Part shown: positions 35,532 to 46,698 of the stretch, one piece after another
Position numbering within the stretch: position 1 is the first letter of the stretch
Layout: each line of letters begins with the position of its first letter
Source: Neophaeotheca triangularis
Lineage: Eukaryota
Reading direction: 5' to 3'
NCBI GenBank assembly: GCA_054600435.1
Contig: BAAIJX010000097.1
Location: 1-46,699 of the forward strand
Length of the DNA: 46,699 nt
The notes under the pieces: generated by a model
The model's input: the letters and a program-made list of their open reading frames with translations, nothing else
The model's database searches: none
What the model was told of the DNA's origin: nothing
Made by a program: the position numbers and the translations under genes

Positions 35532-35866
35532 TGTAACATATATCTCGCAGGCTTTGGACGTTCGGATGGAAGTGTCTTGCTGGTAACGACTCAAAGAGAA
35601 GGCTCTCGCAGCGTGGCGTGGTCCCGAGTTGAAGCTATATGCGCACCTAGCGATGTATTGGGATGACCAGCTTGGGGTCATGCGCTGGCGGATCTAGAAG
35701 GCATGGCATTAGTCGCCCCCCACCTTGACCGGTCTGCACATAGTACGTACCTGTCAGCAAGCTAAGATACTCACATGCAACCCCAACTACCTTCGCCCAC
35801 TTCGATGTTCTGCAATCCTTGTTGTCTTCTTGAAGTCGTCGCTGGTTCTCATCCACGTATCGAAAC

Positions 35867-37735
35867 ATGTCGGGCGTTGAGGTCGTTGGAGTGGTCCTCG
35901 GAGCGATTCCTCTTGTCATATCAGGTAAGTGATCATTATAGAGTCTTTTGCGCAACATAGTATTGATCAACTCAATCCAGGAGTCGAACACTATGCCGAT
36001 GGCGTCAGAACCATCAAATCATTTCGAGATTATCCACGAGAATTTGCGAGCTTGGCTCGTCGTCTGCGAATCGAAGAGCTGATCTTTGTGAATACTGTCG
36101 AAAAGATTCTGTTGGACTGCGTCGAGGCTGACTTGGTACGAGAGCTACTGGCAGCGCCGAATGGTGACTCTTGGTCTGAGCCTGCGGTCAAGCGTGCTCT
36201 TCAAGGGAGACTAGGGTCGTCCTATGATCTCTATATCGACACGATCGAGAGCATGCAAAAGTCGGTAGAGGCCTTCAAGCTGCGGTTAAAGCTTGACCGC
36301 AATGGCAAAGTATAAATTGATTCCAGAGGCCCTTTGACTTGTGAAAAACTGACCTGGTAGCCCGCAGGTACCTTTCACCAACGACCCCTCTTCTTTCAAA
36401 GAAGCCTATTTTCGATTCAAATTTAGTCTCAAACGATCAAACTACACCGATCTGGTCAATGAACTATGCAAAGACAATGCAGCTCTGGACAAGTTGACCG
36501 AACAAGAGCAGATCCTGAGACCATTGCGAGCGTCTCGGGCATCTATGGACTTCGACAGGTTCCGCTCACGGGTGACAAGTGCTTTTGACTCGCTCCAGCG
36601 TGGCATGCATAGATCGTGCAAGTCATTACACACAGCCTATCTTAATGTGGATGCCGTGGAAGCTGCTCAAAAGCTGGGAGATTCGAGGGACTCCGACCCG
36701 GCCATGAGAGTTCTTATATGCCACCGTACTGAAACAACTCCCGTTCCAACAGGTACGGCTTGCGAGGAGACCGAGATGAGACTATTGACACCTCAATCAC
36801 TAAGGGCTTCGCCGACGACGGCACAAGCGATGTCAATGACCACTGAAAGTCCAGCATTGCAGGCTGCCACTATGGGATCGCCTAGTCTCTCAATTCTTGA
36901 AGTGGCGGAGATCACCGACATATGTGAAAGTATGGAGAACTCTCGCACAAAGGGGTGTGGCGCCTATTTGGGCTTCTTCCAAGATAGTGCAAGAGGCTTC
37001 TATCACGGTGTATTCTGGCCGACGAACCCCATTCTTGAGGCAAAGAAGATCACGAACCCGTTCTCTTTAGCTGACGTCTTTAGCGGAAAGTGGTCGGGCC
37101 CAGAACTGTCTGTAGGGGAGTGTCGACAGCTCGCTGCGCATCTCGCTTCCAGCATGCTGTGTCTCTACGACACCCCGTGGTTGGCTAAGCAATGGGGCTG
37201 CAAGGAAGTCGTCCTTTTCCAGAAAGGCCGCGAGCTCATCATGGCCCGCCCGTTCATTTCCACCAAAGTCAATTCAAGCAGACCACTGACGCTCGTCACC
37301 AACCCACCTGATCAATACTTGACACCACGTGTTGGCATTCAGAACGAGACCGTCTTCGATTCACCTGATCAATACTTTACGCCATGTGTTGGCATTCAGA
37401 ACGAGACCGTCTTCGCACTCGGAATCGTTCTCATCGAGCTCTGCCTTCGGAGACCTTTCAAAAGCTTGATGTTACCAGCAGAGTTGAACGCAGACGGCAC
37501 ACAGCATGAAATGTCGGACTTTTACACAGCCATGCGAGTCTTGGTCGAAGTCGACGCTACTGCTGGACGCAATTATGGAGATGCCGTGAGGCGGTGTGTA
37601 CAGGGTTGCTTGGGCATCAGCGATGCAAAACTGGAGCATGATGATTTTCGCCGTTCCATCTTCGATGGAGTCGTCGCCGTGCTTCAAAAGGATGTTGACA
37701 CTTTCTTTGGCAGGACGTTATTACCACGGTCCTGA
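35867..37735 (+). CDS. HeLo-like N-terminal helical domain + degenerate kinase-like (pseudokinase, DUF7580-like) domain; exons 35867-35924, 35981-36309, 36368-37735
   Basis: Spliced N-terminus MSGVEVVGVVLGAIPLVISGVEHY..G, the hydrophobic helix typical of HeLo-like domains. C-terminal QLAAHLASSMLCLYDTPWLAKQW...NETVFALGIVLIELCL...YGDAVRRCV resembles a kinase C-lobe without HRD or DFG. Introns GTAAGT..CAG (56 nt) and GTATAA..CAG (58 nt) keep the frame. Confidence 0.8.
37305..37415 (+). repeat. 57-bp in-frame tandem duplication within the CDS
   Basis: cacctgatcaatactt(g/t)ac(a/g)cca(c/t)gtgttggcattcagaacgagaccgtcttcg at 37305 and 37362; 3 mismatches over 54 nt. Confidence 0.95.
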
Positions 37736-38910
37736 GAGTTGGACCAATTCGCGACCCGTTGGCTTGTGCGTGGTGTTGGGTCAGGCAGACGCCTTCTCTC
37801 GATAGGCAAAAAGCCCTGCCGATGATTTTCACCTCTTCAAACTGCGAGGCATCATCACTCGGCACGGTCTCCAGAGCCGCACATCCAGCGAACATCCTTG
37901 AGTGTCTCAACGCTCGGGGACCTGGCGCGTTCGCCCGGGAACAACACGAAGCTTCCTCCTGATTCCCATCTCTTCAAACTCCGCCACATCAAGCGCACTT
38001 CGGCGCCGAAAACCGCTCCCCGGCAAGAGTGAGATGGCTTCTGATTAGGCATCTGCCTATCTCGCCAGCTACCGACCTGACTCCTCTGGAATCCGCATTG
38101 CGCGCCCGCTTTCAAGTCGACTTAAGATCCTGCCAAAAAAAAAAAAACCCTCCGGAAGCAAGGAAAGCAAAGGAAGAGAGCGGGGTACCGCCAATGGGGC
38201 AACCAATCCACGACAGACAGTCCGTCCGTCCGCCCGTCCGTCACTTGCCCGTCTTTCGCCTTCTCGTGATGACTGACCATTTGGGGGAAAAAAAAAAAAA
38301 AAGGACCCACGGCCAGCTTTCAGATAATACAACGGCGACCAAGCAACCAACCAACCCAACCCAAGCCCGTACCTACCTACCTACCTACCGCCATTGCATG
38401 ATCTCCTTCCGTCCCAAGAACGACCGGCGGGTCCTCGTGCCCGAACGGTCTTTGCGGTGGGATTGGCTAACCACACGCTTTGTTTCAGAACCGTGATGGG
38501 AGGGCGGACCTCCAGGTTCACACGGATGATTCACGCCAGATCAGATCAGATCAGATCATGCCCCCCTTACCAATAGCTAGAAACCGCGTCAGCAGCGAAA
38601 CCTCGGGATTCCCGTCGAGGCAGGGAAGGGGTGAGTGAGACGGGCTATGTGGCACGGCCAGATCCATACTTTTGCACCAAACTGGGGAAGATTTCGAGTG
38701 GGAATGAAACGTAGTAGTTTGCGACAGAGCCCTTCGATGACATGCCGGTGTGTGTGTGTGTCCTCTTGGGTATCGATCTATTCGTTCCCTACCACAAAAC
38801 CCGCAACCGTTCGGCTCGTCATTCTACTCCCACTCCCGCTCCCATCCACATCCATATCCATATCCATATCCACATCCACATCAAATCCCCAAAAGCCATA
38901 TCGCTATAAG

Positions 38911-41793
38911 CTAAGACCCACTCATAATAACCCCCAGCGCATTCTGGCCCTCAGCATCCAACTTCTCCCCCACAAACTTGCCCACCTTCCCATCCCTCCC
39001 ATCTCTCTCCCTCAAAACAGCCGCAACCCAAGCCTTGACATCCTGCACCTCCGGATGCGCATCCTTGGCGGGAGCTTTGCAAGTATTGAGCTGCGTGAAA
39101 GCGCTGGTGAAACCCAACTCCTCCATGTCGCGGTCCTCGATGGTGTCGTCGGCGGCCAGGGGCAAGGGCGGGTTGATGAGGAGTTTGAGGAGAGCTTCGC
39201 AGGTCCAGCCCCAGCCTTTTTTCGCGTAGCGGGATTCGAAGGCCGTGGAATCCGTGAGAGTGCGGGTGAGGGCCACGACGGCGGTTTTGCGGTCGTAGGC
39301 GCGAGAAAGTTTTTGCGTGTCTGGAAGGATGATGGTGGTGTAGAGGGGCGTGAAGACGTTTTCTTGCACCTGGTCGGCGATGGAGATGAAGAAATCGGCG
39401 CCGAGGGATTGAGGGGGGTCGGGCAAGGAGGCGACGAGGTGGTAGAAGCGCACGAAGCGGAGTTTGAAGCCTTCTGTGCTGGTGTTGGAGAGGCGGGTGA
39501 GCATGAGTTGGAGGAGGGTTTGCCAGTAGGTTTGGAGTGAATTGGGCGGAAAGGAGGTGACGACGCTTTCGATCAGGTCCATGGCGTACGATTCGTACGA
39601 CTTGAGGGCTACAAGGCGTTGGAAGATGAGGAGGATTGATTCGGTCTGGTTGGCGGCGGCGATTTGGGCGGCGCCGCGGGGGAGGAGCGCACAAAGAAGG
39701 CGGGTTAGGGCCGGGACGTTGCCTTTGCTTTCCCAGAGTTTTGGGGCGAGGACGGCGGTGAGGAGTTGTTGGAAGTTGGGGGAGAGGGTTAGCGCGGGGT
39801 TGGTCGAGACCATGGCGGCGAAGAGCTGGAAGACATAGGGGGTGAATTCTTCAACTTCGTTTTGAAGGACTTCGCCGAAGACTGGGAAGAGCGCGGCGTC
39901 GAGTTTATCGGGTTGAGCGGGCCCGGCAAATCGTATCAGTGCACCCAGCGCCTCGAAGTGGTAGTAGCAGAAGCTTGGGTTGGACGGGTTGTGTCGGATG
40001 ACTTTTGTGATGTTGACCAGGTTTGTGAGTGCAATGTCCATGACGGGCACCACGCCGTCGGCGATGGTGATGAGCACGCGCATGACACACTTCATCAGGT
40101 ACTCGTTCTCCTGCACCTTCTCAGGCTTGGTATCCGCAGTGATGAGCTTGAACAGGTGCTGCAAGAGGTCCTTGGCCAGAGGCTCAATGTTGGCGCGTGG
40201 AATAACAGACTGCCTTTGCTCGTCGCGGAGGTACAGAGCCCGGTCCACAGCGATGGCGGCGTAGGTGTAAACCACATAGTTGGAAGAATTGAGGTGCTGG
40301 ACGAGCAAGGGGAAAGCTGCTTGCCACTGCGGTGCGGAGAGGATGCTGCGGAAGATGTAGAGGTATTTGATGGCGCCGACCTTGAGCAGGGGAACGGAGT
40401 TGGGATCGGTCAGGTCTTCGGCGACGTTCTTCTGGAAGTAATCGATGACATCGACGTTGGGGTTGACGCTCAAAACACCGCGAGCGGCCGTAGCAACACC
40501 CTTTGCGGCGATGGAAGAGAACAAGTGGACAGCCGTGTCCTTGGCCTTCCAGTTGTCTTTCCTGTCCTTGGCGTACTCCGCGAGAAAGTGGTCGACGTAT
40601 CGCATAACGACATCTGTGACAGGTTTCTCAAACTGCTCCATGAGCTTCTTGAGGAATGTTGTCGCGGCTCTCCTCCTCGAGTCATCATCACTGCCCTCCA
40701 AGTCTCGTCGAATAAACTCAATCGGCTCGTCCTCGAACAATTCAACATCACTTTCTCTGAGACTGAGATTGGGCAGCACAACCTTCTCTGTGACCTGTCC
40801 TAGTACCTCGGTGTTGTTGAAGCTCTCGGCGTGTTGCCGTATGCTAGCAATTGTCGTCAAAAATTCCAACGCTCTGCTCACAAGCAGATCATACTTTGTC
40901 TCGGGCCCGATTGTAGTAAGGAAATTCCAGCTCGTGCCAATGAACGGAGTGATGTGAGGTCCAAAAGCATCCTCGTACTTCTTCGTATACAGCACCAACC
41001 CCTCAAAAACCCCAGCTCTCACATGCTCAAGACTGCCCGCCTCATCGTCTGCGTCCGAAGCGAGCGCCGGGTCGTCGAAGGTCAAATATTTGTGCAGCAG
41101 CCCAGCGATGGGTTGCAAATGGTCCTCAAACTGCGGCGGCAAATCCTGACTGCTCAGATCGTTGAATAGCTTCACAATCAAGTCCATCGTCCCCATATAA
41201 GTCTCCAGAGCCTTCTTGTTGCCCCTGTTCTGCTCAATTACAGCATCCGTGCGCTGCCACAGCTGCAGGAAAGGTTCGGCGAATTTGGACAGCACGTGGT
41301 TGATCTCGGTATAAAGCTCATCACTCCTGTAGAGCGGCCTCCACCTCTTGAAGATGCTGTGCGCGACTTGCAAAACGCCATTGTTGACGCCGGCATCATC
41401 TGCCGTCAGCCGGCTCACCAGGTCATCGACAAGAGTATCCCACCGCTGCCAAAAGTCCGAATCGGCAATGACGGAGATGGCATCACCGAGTTGTGCTTGC
41501 AGCGCCGGGGGCACTTTCACCATAAGGCCTATGAGTTCCGACTTGATAGTCTGCACCTCTTGAGCGGGCAACTTGTGCACGCCATCCTCGTCGGTCCAGT
41601 TGCGCTTGATGAAGTTTTTGAAGAAGAGGGCGGCGGCGAGGCGCGTGCTGAGGGGTTGGGATTCGTCGGCGACGAGTTGGAGTAGTGAGAGGGAGAAGTT
41701 GGGTTGGCTGGCCTCCGCCTCGCGCAGGGAGCTTTCGGCCTCTCTTCTGCGTGAGGGATCGAGGGTTGCTTGGAGCAGCTCTGCTACCGACAT
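38911..41793 (-). CDS. CSE1: Exportin-2 / importin-alpha re-exporter Cse1 (960 aa, intronless)
   Basis: IBN_N domain RLAAALFFKNFIKRNW, then QLGDAISVIADSDFWQRWDTLVDDLV, FKRWRPLYRSDELYTEINHVL, FEDEPIEFIRRDLEGSD..RRRAA, YVVYTYAAIA, ENEYLMKCVMRVL, NPSNPSFCYYHFE. ATG at 41793. Confidence 0.97.
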   Translation of the reverse strand: MSVAELLQATLDPSRRREAESSLREAEASQPNFSLSLLQLVADESQPLSTRLAAALFFKNFIKRNWTDEDGVHKLPAQEVQTIKSELIGLMVKVPPALQAQLGDAISVIADSDFWQRWDTLVDDLVSRLTADDAGVNNGVLQVAHSIFKRWRPLYRSDELYTEINHVLSKFAEPFLQLWQRTDAVIEQNRGNKKALETYMGTMDLIVKLFNDLSSQDLPPQFEDHLQPIAGLLHKYLTFDDPALASDADDEAGSLEHVRAGVFEGLVLYTKKYEDAFGPHITPFIGTSWNFLTTIGPETKYDLLVSRALEFLTTIASIRQHAESFNNTEVLGQVTEKVVLPNLSLRESDVELFEDEPIEFIRRDLEGSDDDSRRRAATTFLKKLMEQFEKPVTDVVMRYVDHFLAEYAKDRKDNWKAKDTAVHLFSSIAAKGVATAARGVLSVNPNVDVIDYFQKNVAEDLTDPNSVPLLKVGAIKYLYIFRSILSAPQWQAAFPLLVQHLNSSNYVVYTYAAIAVDRALYLRDEQRQSVIPRANIEPLAKDLLQHLFKLITADTKPEKVQENEYLMKCVMRVLITIADGVVPVMDIALTNLVNITKVIRHNPSNPSFCYYHFEALGALIRFAGPAQPDKLDAALFPVFGEVLQNEVEEFTPYVFQLFAAMVSTNPALTLSPNFQQLLTAVLAPKLWESKGNVPALTRLLCALLPRGAAQIAAANQTESILLIFQRLVALKSYESYAMDLIESVVTSFPPNSLQTYWQTLLQLMLTRLSNTSTEGFKLRFVRFYHLVASLPDPPQSLGADFFISIADQVQENVFTPLYTTIILPDTQKLSRAYDRKTAVVALTRTLTDSTAFESRYAKKGWGWTCEALLKLLINPPLPLAADDTIEDRDMEELGFTSAFTQLNTCKAPAKDAHPEVQDVKAWVAAVLRERDGRDGKVGKFVGEKLDAEGQNALGVIMSGS

Positions 41794-42597
41794 GGCGGTG
41801 TGGTGAAAGTGAAGCAGATGGATATGTCTGCTGGATGTCGATTTGACTTGGGTTTGTGTAGGGAGTGTGGATGGGTGAGGGAGAAAGTGTTTCTCAAGTG
41901 TGAAAAGAAGTGTAGTGTAATAAACAAACGGAAGCTTGACGTTGGTCTGAGAGAGCTTTGACTTTTCTCCAAATGCTCGGTGATGCTTCATCCACCGCCC
42001 GCCGCCCGGCCCTATAGGAGGTACATCTTCACCATCCTTGCCAACGCCAACGCGCTAAACTTTACAGCAGAGCCTCAGGGTTCATTGCTTACCTTACCAA
42101 CTTACTCACGTGCTTAGGTACTCTACGGCAACATCATGTGTGGCGTTGCGTCCTTTACGAGTACATCCTGGCCTCGCATCTTAAATGCTGGGACATGAAA
42201 CCTCGAAGATAGTAAATCACAGGCGACACAACGAAAGTCATTCCGATTATCCTGTCTGTTCATTGCGTCTGCTATTCTATTCCTAAGAAGGGGGGTATCA
42301 TATGATGCAAACGCTCCCAAAACCATTCCGTTCCATTCCATAATCGTGCTCGTGTTGCGTACGCCGACGCGGGGAATCGTCAGTCTGTGGCGAGGTAAAG
42401 CCCTTTCTACTCGCGATAAGGAAGAACATAGAAAAGCAAAAACGCCCTGTAGCATTGCAATGCCAAAACCCGTCAAATCGTGCAATCGTTTCTTTCCCGA
42501 GACATCAGCATATCCAAGCCGCTTATGTCAGTCTTGCAAAATTCGACTCGTCTACCCGTCGTCGTCGCGGGTGCCACCAATGTAACTTCCCGTCATA

Positions 42598-43776
42598 CTA
42601 TTCGAGATGCTTCGCAAACAACTCCTTCCTCAGCATTCCGCTCCTTTCGAAGGCTTCGTGCATTTGACTCGTCTTGTTGACGTCGATGTTGCAAGCCTGT
42701 TGCGCAGCCGTCTTGCTGAAGTTCTTTCCCTGCCTCAAGCAAGCCACCTTTTCCAGGAAAAAGCGTCGCTTATTTGCGAGATACTGCTTGGCGGGAAGTC
42801 GTAGAACGGAAGCGAGTTGCAGTTCTTGAGGATGTAGGTAGTCTTTGTCGGGATCGTCATCCATGTCTTTGGGCTTGCCACGCCAAATCGCGCGAAGTGC
42901 TTTGGTTTCGGGATCGGCCAAGATGGCATGGAAGTCAGGCGATACATCCTCAAGCTTCGTCCAGTCATCGTCTTTGGTGTCCTTGTTGAGCGACTTTTGA
43001 GGCGGAGCGCGTTTGTGCTTCGTCTTGTCCGAGTCGGGGTTGTCGCCAGGTGAGGCTGTGCGGACTTGACGGCGGTGGCGAATGGGCGTGGCCTTGGCTG
43101 CAGTGGCAGGAGGCGACTTGGGTGTCTTTGGCACAGCTTTGGTAGAAGGAGGAGTCGAGACCACAGCAGCAGGCTTTGTTCTCGGCGATCTTGTCTTCAC
43201 AACACCCGCCGGCCTTGTCAACTTTGCCTTTTGCTTCTCATCGTACGTGTCCTTGCCATTGCTTCGAGGTGCGGGGTCGAGTGCAAGTGTACGGAACGAG
43301 CTCAGCTCTCTTAATCTGTCATTGAAGTATAGCCTAGCATGTTGCGCCGACTCTATCCCCAGCTGCTTAGCGAACGGTCTGTCTCGGAGGGTGTTGCCTT
43401 GTGGGCGGTCTTCGTGGGACTGACTTTCTTGATCGCCGGCGAACAGCGGTGTTTCCTCGTGATTCAAGGAGCGCTCAGAGAAAAGCGGCGCATCCCTGTA
43501 GGCCTTGCTGAAGGCAGGGAGACTTGTAATCTCCGGCGAGGCTGGTGGAGACAAGGCGGATCGAATGGGAGGTAGTTTGACAGCCTCGAACTTTTGTGGC
43601 GATTCGATCGAGTGTCCATCTCTGGAAAAGCTCTCGACGATAGGCTCTTCCGGTGATGCCCACATGCCCTGAGGCGGTGGAAGTACAGGCCGTTTGCCGC
43701 CCATCATCTTGCTCTTGTGTAGTTGAGAGTAGTTGTCGAGAGATGGTGGTGGTGTTTGGGAGAGTGATGCGTCCAT
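42598..43776 (-). CDS. SWIRM-domain protein (Fun19/YOR338W-like)
   Basis: C-terminal W.G.P.D...DPD..YLHPQELQLASVLRLP..QYL.NKRRFF...FSKTAAQQACNIDVNKTSQMHEAFERSG after a low-complexity P/S/T/K region. A possible 5'UTR intron has its acceptor near 43952. Confidence 0.88.
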   Translation of the reverse strand: MDASLSQTPPPSLDNYSQLHKSKMMGGKRPVLPPPQGMWASPEEPIVESFSRDGHSIESPQKFEAVKLPPIRSALSPPASPEITSLPAFSKAYRDAPLFSERSLNHEETPLFAGDQESQSHEDRPQGNTLRDRPFAKQLGIESAQHARLYFNDRLRELSSFRTLALDPAPRSNGKDTYDEKQKAKLTRPAGVVKTRSPRTKPAAVVSTPPSTKAVPKTPKSPPATAAKATPIRHRRQVRTASPGDNPDSDKTKHKRAPPQKSLNKDTKDDDWTKLEDVSPDFHAILADPETKALRAIWRGKPKDMDDDPDKDYLHPQELQLASVLRLPAKQYLANKRRFFLEKVACLRQGKNFSKTAAQQACNIDVNKTSQMHEAFERSGMLRKELFAKHLE

Positions 43777-45132
43777 GGACGTCGTTCGTTCAAGTAGTGA
43801 TCGAGATGGTAAGATTGATCGGTAGGTGGCGATGAATCGCGGCGCAATGCCTTCGTTGGACGGTTCGGCCGGTCAGATTGCGAATCCGGCTAACTCCGTG
43901 GTTCGATGAAAGTTCGGGGATTGATCGCAGATGAGTGACGGTGTCGATTTGCTGATGAGTTTTGCGATTAGTGAGGCCAATGTCAGCGGGATTGAGAATT
44001 AGGATGGTTGAGAGGGAGAGATAGAAAAGAGGATAAGAGAAAGGCAGAGGAGGGGGGAGAGAAGGGGAGGGATGATGATTGAAGGGAGGCAAGAGTGAAT
44101 AAAGAGTCAATCGTGACGAAGGATAGAGTAGCCGTCTAGGCGGCAGGGCAGGGCATGTGACAGATACCTAGTGGGTGGGCATGAGAATAAGTCATCAGCC
44201 ATTCATGCACCGGACATAACGTCAGGTAGCTGAGTGTGGCGTTGGCAGTGTGATGAGTAGGTAGGTAGGAGGTAAGAGGTAGCTACCGTAGGTGTGTCGG
44301 GTGTCGTGTCGTATGTGAAATCAATCGTGTCAGAGACAGGCGTCGTCTTCTCCGGGCGCGGATGTCCTCAGTTCCGCACCTCCATAACCAAGACAGACTC
44401 ACACGCGTGCCTGTCTTGCCCTACCTTTATTTTTTGCTCATTGGTCTCGTTCATCCCGTGGCCAGACTATTTTTGATGGCGTAAGGCGGCAGTATTGTTC
44501 GAGACGTCCATCCACCATCCACCGGTCGCAAGGGCAGACGACCGGCGCGACAAGGCGGCGAGACACAGGTGGAAGCGCAGGCTGCCTTGGCCGGAAGCAG
44601 CAGCAGCGGCAGCAGGCTCTAGAGCTCTCGATACAGTAGGTAAAGTAAGGTGATGCTTTCGAATAATAATGGAACGGCGGCGCGTGTGGCGGAAGGGGCG
44701 ATATTGGGGTGCGATTGGCCTGTCGAAGGCACAAAGCAAGCTAAAGTGAAGCTGCTGTTTGTGCTGAGTAGTACTACTAGTGACTCACCAGTCCAGTCAA
44801 TCCAGTCCACTCGACACTCGCGAATCCGCGTTTGAGGGCTGTCTGTCCGCCTGCCTAACCCTAACCATCCTTGCTTGGCATTGGGTGAAAAGTGTGGCGT
44901 CGACACGGTCACGGTCCCGTCGCCTTCTCGGCGGTAAGCGACCGGTCTACTCCGAGACTGATCTGTTTACCAATCGCATCACTACTAACTGTACCATGGT
45001 TTTCTTTTCCTTTCTTTTTCTTTTTTTGCCATTGGCAATGATGCCTTTTAGTAGTGGAGCATCCATTGACATCAATGATTATCACGGCATCCAATTGCCA
45101 TGGCACCCGAAATAGTAGTAACAGTGACAAGC

Positions 45133-45161
45133 TCATCATCATCATCATCATCATCATCATC
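45133..45161. repeat. (CAT)n microsatellite
   Basis: tcatcatcatcatcatcatcatcatcatc. Confidence 0.9.
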
Positions 45162-45942
45162 ACGAACCTGCACAGCGGTAAGGTAACCTTGGAAAGTCGT
45201 CCGCCACCGCCACTTTCACTGCACAAGTCATATCCCTCGGCTCCATTGGGAATGAAACTGACTGCGCCACAGCAACATAAAGTAGTACACCCGACCTTGG
45301 TACACACTCAAGACACCTCGACTTGGGCAGCGATGATCAAGGTGATTCGTTAGCTACTGGCAGTCTGTACCTATCTAATAAGGTAGTAGTCAGCCAACGG
45401 CGGCTCTCGCGTCAATGGAGTCGGTCATTCGTTTGCCCTGTCCAGCTGAGTAGTAAGTACCAACTACCTTGGCATCACCAACGGATGCCTACCAACCATC
45501 ACTCTGCCTGCAGCCTCCGCCATTCACATTGACCGCAGCTAGCCGCGTCGCAATCGCATCAACGCGAGGGTGCATGAGCGATTGGTCTTCACTATCCCCT
45601 TCCAAATTATCATTGTCTGGTACACCGGCTCATCAGCGTACCGCCATTATTAGGTACTATGTAGGCATATTTAAGGTAGGTAGATACGCTTCCTAACCAA
45701 TCGAGTAAACCGTCCGCGAGGCTGGAAGCATCCGCCGACGTCCCGACCTACCGACCGACCGACAGTAGGTAGTCAATAATGCCTTCAGGTTCCAATAATG
45801 TTTCGCCACACAGGACCTTCAACTATCTTACTATTATTTCAAATACCCATCGCTTCCTTCTCGCCAAAACTAATCTTAAGCCATTATTGGAGCCCGCTGT
45901 GTCCGCTCTCTCGCTCACCGGTAGCATGGCACCGTCAATGCC

Positions 45943-45964
45943 TCTCTCTCTCTCTCTCTCTCTC
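45943..45964. repeat. (CT)n microsatellite
   Basis: ctctctctctctctctctctct. Confidence 0.9.
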
Positions 45965-46624
45965 CCTTTTCGCCACTCTCTTGTCTCGTCCCGTCCGTCT
46001 ATTGCCGTTGCAAGACCAACAGCATCACCCGTCCACGCCCGCAGCTGAGACAGGCTGGCACGTGAAACAAACAAACTACCACCCACTTCTGTCATCTGTC
46101 ATCCCACACCCCTTGATACTGTATCATGCTTAGGCATATCCACAATCCCAATGCCACCCACACCGCATCACCCGCCCTACAGTAGCTTGCAAGGCGCCCG
46201 GTTCTAAACAGGCAGTAGTACATACTACATGTATCTAGGTATGTACGTACCTAGTCACGCTCTCCCCAACTTCCAAGCGTGACCACCGACCAGCCGCACA
46301 CTCAGTAATGGCACCTGCAGCGGCTAAAACCCTTCTCAATCTCATCAGCTGGGAGCACTCCCACTCACTCTCAGGAGGAATCCGCCATCCCAATGCCTAC
46401 CCAGCCCAGCCTAGCTAGAAAGGGGAGCGGTAGGTCGAGCGGTCTACAACCGTAACATGCACTACTACTACACCTACCTAGTCTACACAAACAGCAATTC
46501 CGCACGCACGACACCCAAACGCCCCCATTATTACTTCCAAAAGACAATTTTCCCATCAGCTGCACGACACGGTAGATCACCAGCAGTCGCAGCTCTGCCC
46601 GTCCTTCTCCCCAGCTCCCCCCCG

Positions 46625-46625
<1 letters not shown>

Positions 46626-46698
<73 letters not shown>
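46626..46698. other. 73-nt poly-G run at the window end, probably a sequencing or assembly artefact
   Basis: Uninterrupted G homopolymer at the very end of the sequence. Confidence 0.7.

Noticed and set aside
38635..41806. 301-aa and 313-aa plus-strand ORFs
   Set aside because: Antisense shadows of CSE1 caused by codon bias.
44853..44866. CCTAACCCTAACC telomere-like motif
   Set aside because: Only about 2 units; expected by chance.
46626..46698. Poly-G as a biological G-quadruplex element
   Set aside because: A terminal homopolymer of this kind is typical of sequencing or assembly artefacts and cannot be trusted without reads.
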